From an uncultured Actinomycetota bacterium (GTDB lineage: Bacteria > Actinomycetota > Actinomycetes > Mycobacteriales > Mycobacteriaceae): DNA of 64,000 bases. Positions 33,625-44,354 of this stretch are shown one piece after another. A program made the position numbers and the translations under genes. The stretch lies in assembly GCA_963822305.1 (NCBI GenBank), contig CAWGHF010000026.1, positions 11,093 to 75,092 of the forward strand, read 5' to 3'. The notes beneath the pieces are model-generated. The model had not been told where the DNA came from, did not search any database, and saw only the letters and a list, made by a program, of their open reading frames with translations. The first letter of the stretch is position 1. Each line of letters starts with the position of its first letter.

Positions 33625-34500
33625 TCATGCGGCGGGGGAGCTCTGAAACGCGCTGCTGTGATCCACAACCCACTCGGCGTAGCTGCGTGCGGGTCGGCCG
33701 AGAGTGTTCTCGACCCCGTCGGTGACCGGATACGGATTGTCCAGCTCGCGGGCGTAGCGGGCCATCATCGCGTCAGCGAAGGACGGTGGCAGCCCGAGGG
33801 CGATTATGCGCTCCGCCGCTTCCGAGGGCGAGATCGCCTCGTAGCGCAGCGGCCTGCCGATCACCTCACCGATGGTGCTGACCATCTCCGCGTGGGTTAC
33901 CGACTGCGGGCCGGTGATCGAAATCTTCTGTCCGGCAAGGCTGTCGTCGAGCAGCGCCCGGGCGAGCACGGAGGCCACGTCCACTTCGTGGATGAACGGA
34001 TCGGCGAACCCCGGATAAGGACCGCGCACGACATCGCCGTTTCGGATCTGAGAGGCCCACATGCCTGTTGCGCTGACCGCGAATGACGAGGGTCGCACGC
34101 TCACCCACGGCAGGCCGCTGGCGATAACCGCGTCCTCGACCTCCTTGTTGCGGTCACCGTTGAACCGCGACGGTTGCCATGCCAGATCGTCATCGACGTT
34201 GATGGCCGATAGCGCGGCGACGTGTTTGACTCCGTGTTCGGCGGCCAGCGCAAGCAGCGTGGGGGCGACGTGCGCTCCGACCGCGCGGGGATGGATGAAC
34301 AACGTCGTGACGCCGTGCAGCGCCGCCACGATCGTCTCGGGTCGCGAAACGTCGCCGCGGACCATCTCGACACCGGCCGGAAGGCTGTCGGCGGGTATGC
34401 CGGTGTGGCGCGCGAGGGCGCGGACCTGCTCGCCCGCCGCCGCGAGCACGCTGACAAGGGGCCAGCCGATGGTGCCGGTGGCGCCGGTTACAAGTATCAC
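33625..34500 (-). CDS. NmrA-family NAD(P)H-binding protein
   Basis: ILVTGATGTIG, WVSVRP, ITGPQSVT. Confidence 0.88.
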   Translation of the reverse strand: MILVTGATGTIGWPLVSVLAAAGEQVRALARHTGIPADSLPAGVEMVRGDVSRPETIVAALHGVTTLFIHPRAVGAHVAPTLLALAAEHGVKHVAALSAINVDDDLAWQPSRFNGDRNKEVEDAVIASGLPWVSVRPSSFAVSATGMWASQIRNGDVVRGPYPGFADPFIHEVDVASVLARALLDDSLAGQKISITGPQSVTHAEMVSTIGEVIGRPLRYEAISPSEAAERIIALGLPPSFADAMMARYARELDNPYPVTDGVENTLGRPARSYAEWVVDHSSAFQSSPAA

Positions 34501-34596
34501 GGTTGATCCTTTCGCAGGGTTGCCGCGACGATCGCGGTCGTCGTCGCCGGGAAGGGTTGTGCACGTTTTGGTTTTGGCACGGGAGTCGGTGCTGCG

Positions 34597-35322
34597 CTAT
34601 GGCGTGGGAGCGGCCGGGTTCGGGTCGTCGGCGGGCTTCGAGCGCGCCTCCCGGCGGATCATCTGCCACACGGTCGGTGTGTGTTCCGTGGTCGACACAA
34701 CGACGGTTTTGCCAACCGTTGCCGAGTCATCGGCCAGCGTCAGCAGGTAGTCGGCCAGATCGATGCGCGCGGTGAAACCGCCGATCGGATCAACCTCTCC
34801 GGCGTGGTAGCCGGTGGGTGCCCGCAGATCAAAGAGTCCTGATGGCCGCACGATCGTCCAGTCCAGGGCGCTGGCGCGGACGATCGTCTCCATCCGGCGC
34901 ATGTCGTCATATACCGTCTTACCGATCGTTCGCGTGATGATTGGCTCAAATACCCTCAGGGTCAACGGAAACTCCGTACGCCGGGTGGGGTAGGCACCGG
35001 TCGAGCTCACGACCGCGAGCCGCCGCACGCCAGAGGATTGCATCGCGGCGACGATATTTCCCGTACCGACCGAATAGGTGTTGACAGCCTCGCGCGTGAA
35101 GGAAACCCCCAGCGTGGAGAGCACCGCGTCGACGCCCGCGACAACTTCGGTGACTGCGGCCGCGTCGCGTACGTCCGCCGCGGCCACGGTCAACTTCGGG
35201 TCTGACAGCGGGAAGTCATCGGGCCTGCGGGTCGCCGCGACCACGCGGTGCCCGGCCGATAGCGCTTGTCCGGTGAGCAGACGGCCGGTTTGGCCGTTGG
35301 CGCCGAAAATTACGATGTTCAC
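34597..35322 (-). CDS. NAD(P)-binding oxidoreductase (flavin/biliverdin reductase-like)
   Basis: IVIFGANGQTG, DWTIVRPSGL. Confidence 0.85.
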   Translation of the reverse strand: MNIVIFGANGQTGRLLTGQALSAGHRVVAATRRPDDFPLSDPKLTVAAADVRDAAAVTEVVAGVDAVLSTLGVSFTREAVNTYSVGTGNIVAAMQSSGVRRLAVVSSTGAYPTRRTEFPLTLRVFEPIITRTIGKTVYDDMRRMETIVRASALDWTIVRPSGLFDLRAPTGYHAGEVDPIGGFTARIDLADYLLTLADDSATVGKTVVVSTTEHTPTVWQMIRREARSKPADDPNPAAPTP

Positions 35323-35352
35323 AACTTCCTCCAAAGCATCACTAACTATGAT

Positions 35353-35369
35353 TATCACTAATCGGGATA
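35353..35369. promoter_or_regulatory. Putative MarR operator (imperfect TATCACTA-A-TCGGGATA)
   Basis: In the divergent region next to marR; related to the perfect palindrome at 37165. Confidence 0.5.
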
Positions 35370-35477
35370 GTCATGTCAAGTGCGATGCGCAGCCGCAAAG
35401 CTATAACCTCCACCACATGGTTCGTGGCATAGTCGTCATGATTTGTGACAGTCCAGCCCAGTGCTAATCTAAAGAGC

Positions 35478-35951
35478 ATGGATGATGGTCAGCGCGGCAT
35501 CGCGGCACTCGATGACCGAATTCCCTTTCTGCTCGCCCAGTTAGGGTCGTATGTCGGCGACGATTTCCAACACCGACTGGCTCCAATCGGGGTAGAGCCG
35601 CGGACCTATGCGGTGCTAGCAGCACTCGCCGCTGACGACGGACAATCGCAACGCCGGCTTTCGGAGCGACTCGGCATTCATCGCAACGCGATGGTCACCG
35701 CGATCGATAACCTGGAGCGGCAGGGACTGGTTAAACGGTTGCCCCATCCCGACGACCGTCGCGCAGTCGCGGTCACCTTGACCCCGAAGGCCCGCCGCCT
35801 GCTCCCGGCGCTCGATAAGCAGGCATCTTCCTTGGAAGACCAGATCGCGGCACCGCTGTCTTCCCAAGAACGCGACACGCTAAGGCGCCTGCTGCAACGC
35901 GTCGCCGCCGAGGCTGGACTCATCCCGGGCGTTCACCCTCAGTTGGCGTGA
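35478..35951 (+). CDS. MarR-family regulator
   Basis: SQRRLSERLG...LERQGLVKR..HPDDRRAVAVTLT winged helix. Confidence 0.92.
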   Translation: MDDGQRGIAALDDRIPFLLAQLGSYVGDDFQHRLAPIGVEPRTYAVLAALAADDGQSQRRLSERLGIHRNAMVTAIDNLERQGLVKRLPHPDDRRAVAVTLTPKARRLLPALDKQASSLEDQIAAPLSSQERDTLRRLLQRVAAEAGLIPGVHPQLA

Positions 35952-36119
35952 AGCGGGACGCAGCCAAGGTCACGACCGAAACACCAGGCGCGTTGGGCTA
36001 TCGGCCGATCGCCACGAAGGCCGCATCGCTCTTATCCGCAACCGAGATCGCTTGACCTCGACGTGATTCGTCGGAAGGCCACAACTCGTACTGCTCATGC
36101 AGCAACGGATACATCGATG

Positions 36120-36302
36120 GAACTTGCGACCGGCGATGGCATACGCGGTGGGCCGGTTGCCGGCGCATATCGCTCGCGCGAGGTCAACCAGCTCGGTATG
36201 GGCGCCCAGCTCCGCCAACCACATGGTTACAGTGGCCGCAAGGTCATGACAAGACACCTCAGCCGAGTGTTCTGCGTGCAGCCGATCAGTAACGCGATAC
36301 AT
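36120..36302 (-). pseudogene. Degraded small mycobacterial hypothetical protein
   Basis: MYRVTDRLH...WLAELGAH...AICAG..PTAYAI resembles a common small mycobacterial ORF (from memory); frame damaged. Confidence 0.4.
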
Positions 36303-36617
36303 GGTGACCGCGGGCCCTCCCTGCTGTGTTCTCGGATGCCGACGGCGCGACCTGAACCTGTTGCCTCCCTTTTGGAGTGAACCCGAGGGCGAGCTCGAGC
36401 CTGAGGAGGACCCTGCGGGCTCGGGACCTCTTCGACGACGAGCGGACGTCAACCCGCGGAGACGTGGAAAAGCTACGCGGCTCGACACAGAATCCTGCTC
36501 GATATGTCACTCAGTCGACGATGACTCCGCCGGTCAGATTGGCAACCGTCCCGGTCATTGCGTCGAATTCGAAGTCTTGTGGTGTTGTCATGGTGTTCCT
36601 CAGGTTGTTGTGACGGG

Positions 36618-37004
36618 TTAGCTCAACGGGATGGCAATTGCGCTGAGGCTGTTGGCTTGCAGCGCGACGGCAAGGACGGCGACGTTGAGCGCAAGGAACC
36701 CATTGGCGAGGTAGAACTGCGGGCTGTAGTCGCTGGCACGGATGTGCGTGTATATCGCGCACACGAAGAACAGGACCAGGCCGATCGCGGCGGCCACACC
36801 GAGTGGGCGAAAAGCCAGACCGGCTGCAAGGCCTAATGCCCCAGCTGTCTTGAGCGTGCCGATCGGGAACGTAAGCCACGAGATGGGTACGCCCGCCTTG
36901 GCCATGCCCGGAAGGATGGGCTTGAGGTGAAGCAACGCCGCGATTCCCGAGAAGCCGTTAGCCGCGATGGCGATCAGCGTCACGGTGATATATGCGGTAG
37001 TCAT
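36618..37004 (-). CDS. DoxX-family membrane protein
   Basis: IGTLKTAGALGL...AAIGLVLFFVCAIYTHIRA. Confidence 0.85.
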   Translation of the reverse strand: MTTAYITVTLIAIAANGFSGIAALLHLKPILPGMAKAGVPISWLTFPIGTLKTAGALGLAAGLAFRPLGVAAAIGLVLFFVCAIYTHIRASDYSPQFYLANGFLALNVAVLAVALQANSLSAIAIPLS

Positions 37005-37164
37005 GGTCTGCGTGTCCCCTTCGTTCTGATTTCGCTCTGCACGTCACAAAGTGGCGCGTCGCATTCCGTTGCCGCGCATAGATGCTTCAATGCGCGGTGA
37101 CGTGTAGCCATCGCCGGTCGCTGGCGCGGTGGCCTCACTGGCTCGGTTAGTCATGACGATAGAC

Positions 37165-37181
37165 TATCACTAATAGTGATA
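37165..37181. promoter_or_regulatory. Perfect palindrome TATCACTA-A-TAGTGATA, putative MarR operator
   Basis: AT-rich palindrome in the doxX / ABM divergent region. Confidence 0.6.
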
Positions 37182-37244
37182 ATCAATAAGTGATATATTA
37201 TTGATCCGGGCGTCAATCAACGCGGCGAGGTTAGGAGCACCACC

Positions 37245-37583
37245 ATGGCGACGATCAGCGAAGGTGCCGATGTCCATACCCTCATCGTTTTGTTCACCGT
37301 GGACCCGACCCAGCAAGAGACCCTCGTGGAACATCTACGCGGAATGGCAGCGGAACACTGTAAGTTTGACGGCTTTGTCTCGTGCTCCATTCACTGCAGC
37401 GAGGACGGTACACGCGTCGCGGAGTACATCCAGTGGCGCTCGGCGGCGCACATGGAAGCTGTCCTGAACACCCCGGCGGGACAAGCTCAACTCGCGGAAT
37501 CGTCGCGAATCGCCGATCGGCACGGTGCCCAAGCGCATGTCTACCAAGTGGTGTCGGTAACGCAGGCCGGTCAGCCTGCGTGA
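37245..37583 (+). CDS. Antibiotic-biosynthesis monooxygenase (ABM/Dabb) family
   Basis: FTVDP..Q..LV...GFVSCSIHCSEDGTRVAEYIQWRS. Confidence 0.8.
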   Translation: MATISEGADVHTLIVLFTVDPTQQETLVEHLRGMAAEHCKFDGFVSCSIHCSEDGTRVAEYIQWRSAAHMEAVLNTPAGQAQLAESSRIADRHGAQAHVYQVVSVTQAGQPA

Positions 37584-37831
37584 TATAGACGCGCCGAGAT
37601 CCGATGCATACTCGTAACCGTCTGCGGCCGTTGGGATCATCGGGCAGCAATACATTGGGCACGCGGCGACGTACGGCCGACGATGTCTTCGTAGGCCACC
37701 GATCACACCGTTGAGGGCTCCAGTGCGGTCTCAGCGGCCAGGCGTGCGAGGTTTGCGTGCAGCGGCCGGCGTCAGAACTTCTCGACAGTGATCGCTTGGT
37801 CGCGTTCTGCGGGGCCCGTTGTTTGCACGAA

Positions 37832-38893
37832 CTAATGAATTCCGCGCTCGGGCAGCAGGAGCGCGCTGTCTCCGAACTCATGCCAGAGGTATCCGTGCTC
37901 GACAGCTTCCCGGTACGCCGTGGTGACCAAGTCAGAACCGGCGACGGCCTCGAGGAGTAACAGGTGCGAGGCGCCCGCATCGTGCCAACCGGTAATCAGG
38001 CCGTCGACGACGCGAACTGGTCGATCCGGCCCCAAGACGAGATCCGTCCAGCCGCCGGCCGCATGCACGAAGCCGCTGGTGGTCGTCGCGGACTCGAGGG
38101 CGCGGGTCGCCGTCGTGCCGACCGCGATCACCCGGCCTCCGGTCGCGCGTGTCAGGTTCACCAACCGAGCGGTGGTCCGCGGGACGTCGAACAGCTCGGC
38201 GACCGGTGGCTCGCCGGCCTCTGCGGAGGAGACGCCGGCGTGCAGCGTGATTGGGGCGATCGTAATGCCGGATGTGATCAGGGAGGTGATGAGTTCGGTG
38301 CTGAAGGGCCGAGCCGCACTCGCCATCTCCGCGCTGCCCGGCAGGCGGGCGAACACCGTCTGGTAGTCGCTGAGCGGCCATTGCCGTGGGACGTACGAGT
38401 AGCGGATCGGTCGTCCGTGCCGGGTGAGGTAGGACATGACGTCCCCTTCGATCGCCAGGCGTGAGGTCCACAAACGGCTGCCCGTGACGCCGCCTTCGGG
38501 ATACGACGAATGGATGACGAGCGCTGCACCGTCGGGTAGATCGACGCGCTCGCCGGGCCGAATGTCGTGCAGATGTCCTGTTGCGGTCGCTGCCGGCCGG
38601 AGTTCAAGAACCCAGACGTGATCGCCGAGGGCGGTGGAGAAATGGACCGTGATGGTCTGGCCGCTGCGACGCCCCTCGACGGCAGCGGGCAGTGTCGCTG
38701 AGTTGTTCACTACCAATAGGTCGCCGGGACGAAGGTAGCCACCGAGTTCGGCGAACCGGGCGTGGCTGATGCCGCTGGGTTGGGCGACGAGCAACTTGAC
38801 CTGGTCGCGGGCTACGCCGTGTGCCTCCGGCGGTTCGGTGGCGTCGGAGGTGGGGGAGCGATGGAAGTGGGTTTGCGGGATCGCGAGGGTCAT
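37832..38893 (-). CDS. QueA-like (SAM:tRNA ribosyltransferase-isomerase family) protein
   Basis: EPPE..G..RD, LLVVNNSATLPA, AEMASAARPF, ITLHAG, AVGTT, LITGWH, YLWHEFGD. Confidence 0.85.
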   Translation of the reverse strand: MTLAIPQTHFHRSPTSDATEPPEAHGVARDQVKLLVAQPSGISHARFAELGGYLRPGDLLVVNNSATLPAAVEGRRSGQTITVHFSTALGDHVWVLELRPAATATGHLHDIRPGERVDLPDGAALVIHSSYPEGGVTGSRLWTSRLAIEGDVMSYLTRHGRPIRYSYVPRQWPLSDYQTVFARLPGSAEMASAARPFSTELITSLITSGITIAPITLHAGVSSAEAGEPPVAELFDVPRTTARLVNLTRATGGRVIAVGTTATRALESATTTSGFVHAAGGWTDLVLGPDRPVRVVDGLITGWHDAGASHLLLLEAVAGSDLVTTAYREAVEHGYLWHEFGDSALLLPERGIH

Positions 38894-39606
38894 GGGTGCG
38901 CTCCGGCTACAGCCAGGTCCCTGGCCCGGTAGCGGCCGGCCGCCGGCCTGGTGTCGAGCAGTCGCAGGAACGCCGGCACGACGGACTCGGGGTCTGCACG
39001 GTCGGAAATGTCCTCGCCTGGGAACGCGGCCTGATGCATTTCGGTGCGCATGTCGCCTGGATCGAAGGCGTAGATCCGGACGGCGTTGTTCTCAACTGCA
39101 AGAATCGCGGAGAGTTGATCGAAGGCGGCCTTCGACGAGCCGTATCCGCCCCAGCCTTCGTACGCCTCAATCGCGGCGTCCGACGTGAGGTTCACGATCA
39201 CACCGTGGGTCTGGAGCAACGCTGGGAGCGCTAGCTGGGTCAAGGCAAGTGGCGCGAAGACGTTCACGTCGTACACGGCTCGCAAGTCAGCCAGCGAGTA
39301 GTCGGCAAGCGTCGGTTGCGGGCTTGGGCCGAGTCGGCTGGCGTTGTTGACCAGCAGGCCGAGCGGCCCGACCGTAGTAGCGGCGTCGACCAGCGCGGCG
39401 CGGTGGCGTTCGTCGGTGACGTCGCCTGCGACGGCGATCAGCCGCGGTGAATTAAACGTGGCAGCCGCGGCGGCCAATTCCGCGGTGCGGCGACCGTCCA
39501 CGACGACGGTCCAGCCGCGTTCAAGGAGTGCGGTTGTCAGCGCACGGCCAAACCCGCGCGAGGCGCCCGTAACAATTGCGACATTAGTGGTCTCGGATCG
39601 GCTCAT
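38890..39606 (-). CDS. Short-chain dehydrogenase/reductase
   Basis: TGASRGFG, LVNNAS, YGSSK. Confidence 0.9.
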   Translation of the reverse strand: MSRSETTNVAIVTGASRGFGRALTTALLERGWTVVVDGRRTAELAAAAATFNSPRLIAVAGDVTDERHRAALVDAATTVGPLGLLVNNASRLGPSPQPTLADYSLADLRAVYDVNVFAPLALTQLALPALLQTHGVIVNLTSDAAIEAYEGWGGYGSSKAAFDQLSAILAVENNAVRIYAFDPGDMRTEMHQAAFPGEDISDRADPESVVPAFLRLLDTRPAAGRYRARDLAVAGAHP

Positions 39607-39616
39607 ACAGGCATAC

Positions 39617-39642
39617 TGACAGTTAAAGTCAACTTTAAGTCA
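39617..39642 (-). promoter_or_regulatory. SoxR box inside a MerR-type promoter
   Basis: Palindrome TTAAAGT-CA-ACTTTAA (39623-39638). Minus strand has TTGACT, a 19-bp spacer and CAGTAT, driving SDR-queA-like. Confidence 0.75.
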
Positions 39643-39668
39643 AGAGCTCATTGAGCGAGGTGCGACAT

Positions 39669-40142
39669 ATGGACAGGGCAGACCTGCTTGCGGTCAGCGA
39701 AGTGGCGAATCGGAGCGGCTTCGCACCATCGGCGATCCGGTTCTATGAGAAGGAGGGCCTGATCGAGGCCTCGCGAACGGCCGGTGGACAGCGGCGATTC
39801 GAGCGAAACATGTTGCGGCGCCTTGCGTTCATCCGCGCTGCGCGTAACGTCGGGTTGACACTCGACGAGATCGCCGCCGCGCTCGCGATGCTTCCCGGCA
39901 GCCGCACCCCGACCCGCGCAGACTGGACCCGGCTGTCAAAGGATTGGCGTGCGCGCCTGGACGATCAGATCGCGGGGCTCATCGCGCTTCGCGACAGTTT
40001 GGATTCCTGCATCGGCTGCGGCTGCCTGTCGCTGAAGCGCTGCGCGATCTCCAACCCCGCGGATACCGCCGCGGTCGCCGGACCCGGCGCAGTCTATTTG
40101 CCGAAGTCCCTGCGACGAGGAGCGATTAGCCGACGGCGCTGA
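39669..40142 (+). CDS. soxR: Redox-sensitive [2Fe-2S] activator SoxR
   Basis: MerR HTH, RTAGGQRRF, CIGCGCLSLKRC cluster motif. Confidence 0.93.
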   Translation: MDRADLLAVSEVANRSGFAPSAIRFYEKEGLIEASRTAGGQRRFERNMLRRLAFIRAARNVGLTLDEIAAALAMLPGSRTPTRADWTRLSKDWRARLDDQIAGLIALRDSLDSCIGCGCLSLKRCAISNPADTAAVAGPGAVYLPKSLRRGAISRRR

Positions 40143-40199
40143 GTGGCTGCCGCCGACAAGAGAGGATCGTCATCGACCGGTCTACTGCCGCCGCATGTG

Positions 40200-40755
40200 G
40201 TGCGGAGTATGAGTGGCGGAGTGCATGTAGTGACGTTCGCGACCCAGGCCGGTACTGTCGCCGGCGATCAATGACCCCTACACCGCGATCCAAGTGGTGC
40301 ACCACGTTTCCGCGATCCAGTCGGTATTGGCGTCGCGGGCGCTGACGGACGATGTTCGGCGCAACAGTTCGGGTCAGGTCCTGGTGTGGCTTCCGTATCC
40401 GGGATTTGAGACCTACCTTCACGTGGGTTGTGCCCAGATCCGGCGCTACGGATCCCATGAACCGATGGTGCTTGCCGCGATCCTTCAGATGCTTAGCGCG
40501 GTGGCCCAGGACTGCGTGGGCGAATCACGCCGCGCGGCCGTGAAAGCGCAGATCGACCTGGTGGTCCGCGCCGCGGAGCGCGAGCTGGCAGAGGAGTCCG
40601 ACCGGGCGATGGTGGCCCGTGCCGCCGCTGCGGCGGCCGGAGTGGTTCAGCGGCCCGGGACACTCGCGCCGCCGGCCTCCGCCTTCGGAATGGCGGCCGC
40701 CGCTGCTGCGGCGGCCTCGTCGTGCGAGGACAAGGACCGCGAGACTACGCGATAA
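40200..40755 (+). pseudogene. DUF2254 membrane protein, C-terminal fragment
   Basis: SPAINDPYTAIQVVHH...QIRRYG..EP.V motif; N-terminal half absent. Confidence 0.65.
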
Positions 40756-41056
40756 AGTGAGCCGCAGGCGCGGTGATCGCGTCCCAATCCTGCGCTGCGA
40801 CGAGATTAGTTGGCGTCAGCCAGGATCTGCCCACACAGGCCACGTTCGGCAGCGCGAGGTAGTCGGCGCTGGTGGCGCGGTCGATTCCGCCGGTGGGGCA
40901 GAAGATGGTCTCGGGCAGCGGACCCGCCAGTGCCCGAAGCGCCTGCCGACCGCCTGTGGACGCGATGGTGCCCGCACCGACGGCCATGTCCGGCACCTGC
41001 TCAGCCACCGACCGGATCGCGTCGAGTGCCTCGCAGGTACGCACCGTTATCTCCAT
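40745..41056 (-). pseudogene. KDPG/KHG aldolase (Eda) remnant with internal deletion
   Basis: EITVRT..ALDAI...VGAGTI joined directly to LRALAGP...FCPTGGI...NVACVG.SW. Confidence 0.7.
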
Positions 41057-41111
41057 GGTGTCGAGCTGCGTAAATGCTGTTGGCTAAACGAGCCGCATCG
41101 CCCGCACGCCC

Positions 41112-41477
41112 TCAGGCAGTAAGCAATACCCAAACCGCGGCCGCGGATAGCAGTACTGCTGTGCAGTAACAGCACAGAGCGATCACACGGTCGAACCGGC
41201 CCAGTTGCAGCCCGTGCTCGATCGTGAACCGGATGCGGTGCGCAAAGTGGAACAGAGCGAGCACACATACGCCGAGCAGCACAAGTTTGGACAGCGGATT
41301 CCGTACGACTGTCAGTAGGTGCGCATGGTCCGGTGCGTCGAGCAACCCGAGCGGAAACGCCACTCCGAACAGGAACAGCAGGACGGGCAGAACGAGTGCG
41401 ACCGCCATGCCCCCGGCGCTGAACAGCAGCCACAGGAACGGCTCGGCTGACCTTCGACGCGGCGCGGATGTGCTCAT
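41112..41477 (-). CDS. frdD: Fumarate reductase membrane anchor D
   Basis: EPFLWLLFSAGG...LFHFAHRI...H. Confidence 0.88.
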   Translation of the reverse strand: MSTSAPRRRSAEPFLWLLFSAGGMAVALVLPVLLFLFGVAFPLGLLDAPDHAHLLTVVRNPLSKLVLLGVCVLALFHFAHRIRFTIEHGLQLGRFDRVIALCCYCTAVLLSAAAVWVLLTA

Positions 41478-41866
41478 GACATGACTACCCACGCAACGAC
41501 CGCCGAGACGACGAACCATGCCGCGTAGTGCCCCGCCAGAACCGCGCGAGCAGGGACGCGGCGTCCCCGAATGTGGGGCACGATCGCACGCGGTGCCAAA
41601 TTGAACCAGGTAATTGCGTGCAGCAGAAGGAAGATCAATGCGACGACGTTCAGCGAAATCACGAGTGGATTGGCACTCCAGTCCAGGAATCGAACGTATG
41701 AATCGGGTCCGGCGCTAATCGCATGCACCAGCAGCAACAGATACACGACAAACCAGGCCACGAATACGCAACTGATTTCGCGAAGCATGAACAGCAGGTA
41801 AGACCGCCGCTTCGCCCACCAATACCTGTCCACGGGCTGACGATAAGCGCGAACTGGCGTCGTCAT
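41474..41866 (-). CDS. frdC: Fumarate reductase membrane anchor C
   Basis: YRQPV...WW...YLLFMLRE...LHAITWF. Confidence 0.88.
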   Translation of the reverse strand: MTTPVRAYRQPVDRYWWAKRRSYLLFMLREISCVFVAWFVVYLLLLVHAISAGPDSYVRFLDWSANPLVISLNVVALIFLLLHAITWFNLAPRAIVPHIRGRRVPARAVLAGHYAAWFVVSAVVAWVVMS

Positions 41867-42606
41867 CGCGCGCTCCTTGGGAACAGCAATCTCTTCACCG
41901 AATCCGTTGCCGCGGTTAGTTTGTACCGCTGTATCGCGCCTGCCGGATCGACTCCCTTCGGACAAGCCGTCGAGCATTCACCCACCAGGGTGCACGCCCA
42001 CGCGCCGTTGGCCGCGGCGAGTACGTCGCTCCGATCCGCCGCGCCTTCGTCGCGCGAGTCCAGGTTGTAACGCTGCCCTAGAGCGATCGCCGCCGGGCCG
42101 AGGAAGTCCGGGTCAAGCGCGTACACCGGGCATGCCGAGTAGCACAGCATGCAGTTGATGCACATGCTGAACTTCTTGTATTCGTCGAGTTCGGCTGGGG
42201 TTTGCAAGTATTCGCCATCCTCAATGGACAACTCGTCGTCACGGATGATCCAGGGCTTGACGCTCGGCAGTTTGGCCATGAAGTCGCTGATGTCGACGAC
42301 GAGATCGCGTATCACCGGGAAGTTTCGCATCGGCTCGACTCGTACCGGCCCGGGCAGGTAATCCGCGAGGAACGTCGCGCACCCCAATTTCGGGTCGCCG
42401 TTGATAGTCATCCCGCAGCTGCCGCATATGCCCATCCGGCACGACCATCGGAAGGTCAGTGTTCCGTCGAGGTGATCCTTGATGTAGTTCAGACCGTCCA
42501 GGATCGCCCATTCGCGGGTGAGGGGAACTTCGTAGGCCTGCAAGGCCGGCTCGGATTCGATCTCAGGTCGATACCTTGAGACCTCCATGACGATTCGGTC
42601 CGCCAT
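41863..42606 (-). CDS. frdB: Fumarate reductase iron-sulfur subunit
   Basis: [34 protein letters not shown]. Confidence 0.93.
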   Translation of the reverse strand: MADRIVMEVSRYRPEIESEPALQAYEVPLTREWAILDGLNYIKDHLDGTLTFRWSCRMGICGSCGMTINGDPKLGCATFLADYLPGPVRVEPMRNFPVIRDLVVDISDFMAKLPSVKPWIIRDDELSIEDGEYLQTPAELDEYKKFSMCINCMLCYSACPVYALDPDFLGPAAIALGQRYNLDSRDEGAADRSDVLAAANGAWACTLVGECSTACPKGVDPAGAIQRYKLTAATDSVKRLLFPRSAR

Positions 42607-42608
42607 CG

Positions 42609-44348
42609 CTACCTCCCATACACGCGTTCACCCGGAGGCCAGCGCGTGATCGTGACCGGGAGGTGGTCGACTCGCGCTGTGCCGTCGGATTCTCGATGAA
42701 CCAATGTGTGCGCCAAGAAATGCTCGTCGTCGCGGTTGGGAAAGTCGGTTCGCTGATGTGCGCCACGGGATTCTTCTCGGTGCAACGCGGATTCGATGAT
42801 CATCTGTGCGACGTCGAGCATCCCCGACAACTCGAGCAGCGCCGTCAGCTCCGTATTGAACGTATGGCTGTGATCGTCGATGCCGGCCTTCGCGAATCGT
42901 TCCTGCAGCAACCGGATCTGGTCGACCGCTTTGGTAAGTGTGGGTCCATCACGGTAGATACCAGCGGCGGTCTCCAACGTGGCCTGCATATCCGTCCGAA
43001 TATCAGCGATTCGTTCGCCGCCCTCGGCATGGCGAGTGAGCTCGTGTTCCAGCCGGCGTTCCTCGGTGCGTGCCTGAGCCTGCACCGCGAGCGAGGCGCT
43101 GCGGACCGTCGTCGCGTACTCCGCTGCGGCGCTGCCCGCGCGGGCTCCGAACACCAGCAGCTCCGGCAGCGAGTTCGACCCCAAGCGGTTGGCGCCATTG
43201 ATGCTGACGCATGCAGCCTCGCCTGCGGCATATAGACCGGGAAGCGTTGTGGCACCGTGGATATCCGTGTGAACGCCACCCATCATGTAGTGCACCACCG
43301 GTCGCACGGGGACCAGCTCGGTAACGGGATCGATGTGCTGGTAGTTGCAGCACAGCTCACGCACGAACGGCAGCTTTGTGTCGATCAGGTCGGCGCCAAG
43401 GTGTCGCAGGTCGAGGTAGACGACTGGTCCGTACAGGGTATCAACGGTCCTTCCCTTTTCCTGCTCGTGCACGAACGCTTGGGACACCCGGTCCCGGGGT
43501 CCGAGCTCCATGCTGCGCAGCTTTGGCTCGGGCGTGGGCTTGCCGAGGTCGTAGTCCTGCAGGTAGCGGTAGCCGTCTTTATTCAGCAACCAGCCACCTT
43601 CCGCTCGCGCGGCCTCGGTGATCAAGATTCCGGTGAACGGCAGTCCGGTGGGGTGGTACTGGACGAACTCCATGTCTTTCAGCGGCGCGCCCGCCCTGAA
43701 AGCGAGGGCCATTCCGTCCCCGGTCTTGATGTTCCCGTTGGTGGTGAATGGAAACACGCGCCCACATCCGCCGGTGCATACGATCACGGCGTCGGCAAGG
43801 ATTGTCTCGATGCGCCCCGTCGCCACCTCGATGGCGACAACACCGCGGACCCTGCCGTCGTCGACGAGCAGGGTCGTCACGAACCACTCGTCGTAACGCA
43901 CGACGTCCGGATATGCGAGAACGCGCTGAAACAGTGTGTGCAGCAGGTGAAATCCGGTCTTGTCGGCGGCAAACCACGTGCGTAGCTTCTGCATTCCGCC
44001 GAATGCTCGAACGGCAATGTGCCCGTCCGGCTTACGGCTCCACGGACAGCCCCAATGCTCGAGCTGCAATAACTCCCGTGGTGCCTCGGCCACGAAGGCC
44101 TCGACCGCGTCTTGGTCGCACAGCCAATCGCTGCCGGAAACGGTGTCGGACGCGTGTTGGTCCAGGCTGTCATCCTCGCCCGCTACGGCCGCGGCGCCGC
44201 CCTCTGCTGAGACGGTGTGGCTGCGCATCGGGTAGACCTTGGACACAATCGCGACGCTCAGACGCGGGTCCGTTTCGGCAATCGCGATCGCGGCGCGCAG
44301 ACCCGCACCGCCACCGCCAATCACCACGATGTCGTGCGTCGCGGTCAT
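42609..44348 (-). CDS. frdA: Fumarate reductase flavoprotein
   Basis: [15 protein letters not shown] (covalent FAD His), [21 protein letters not shown]. Confidence 0.95.
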   Translation of the reverse strand: MTATHDIVVIGGGGAGLRAAIAIAETDPRLSVAIVSKVYPMRSHTVSAEGGAAAVAGEDDSLDQHASDTVSGSDWLCDQDAVEAFVAEAPRELLQLEHWGCPWSRKPDGHIAVRAFGGMQKLRTWFAADKTGFHLLHTLFQRVLAYPDVVRYDEWFVTTLLVDDGRVRGVVAIEVATGRIETILADAVIVCTGGCGRVFPFTTNGNIKTGDGMALAFRAGAPLKDMEFVQYHPTGLPFTGILITEAARAEGGWLLNKDGYRYLQDYDLGKPTPEPKLRSMELGPRDRVSQAFVHEQEKGRTVDTLYGPVVYLDLRHLGADLIDTKLPFVRELCCNYQHIDPVTELVPVRPVVHYMMGGVHTDIHGATTLPGLYAAGEAACVSINGANRLGSNSLPELLVFGARAGSAAAEYATTVRSASLAVQAQARTEERRLEHELTRHAEGGERIADIRTDMQATLETAAGIYRDGPTLTKAVDQIRLLQERFAKAGIDDHSHTFNTELTALLELSGMLDVAQMIIESALHREESRGAHQRTDFPNRDDEHFLAHTLVHRESDGTARVDHLPVTITRWPPGERVYGR

Positions 44349-44354
44349 CTGGAC

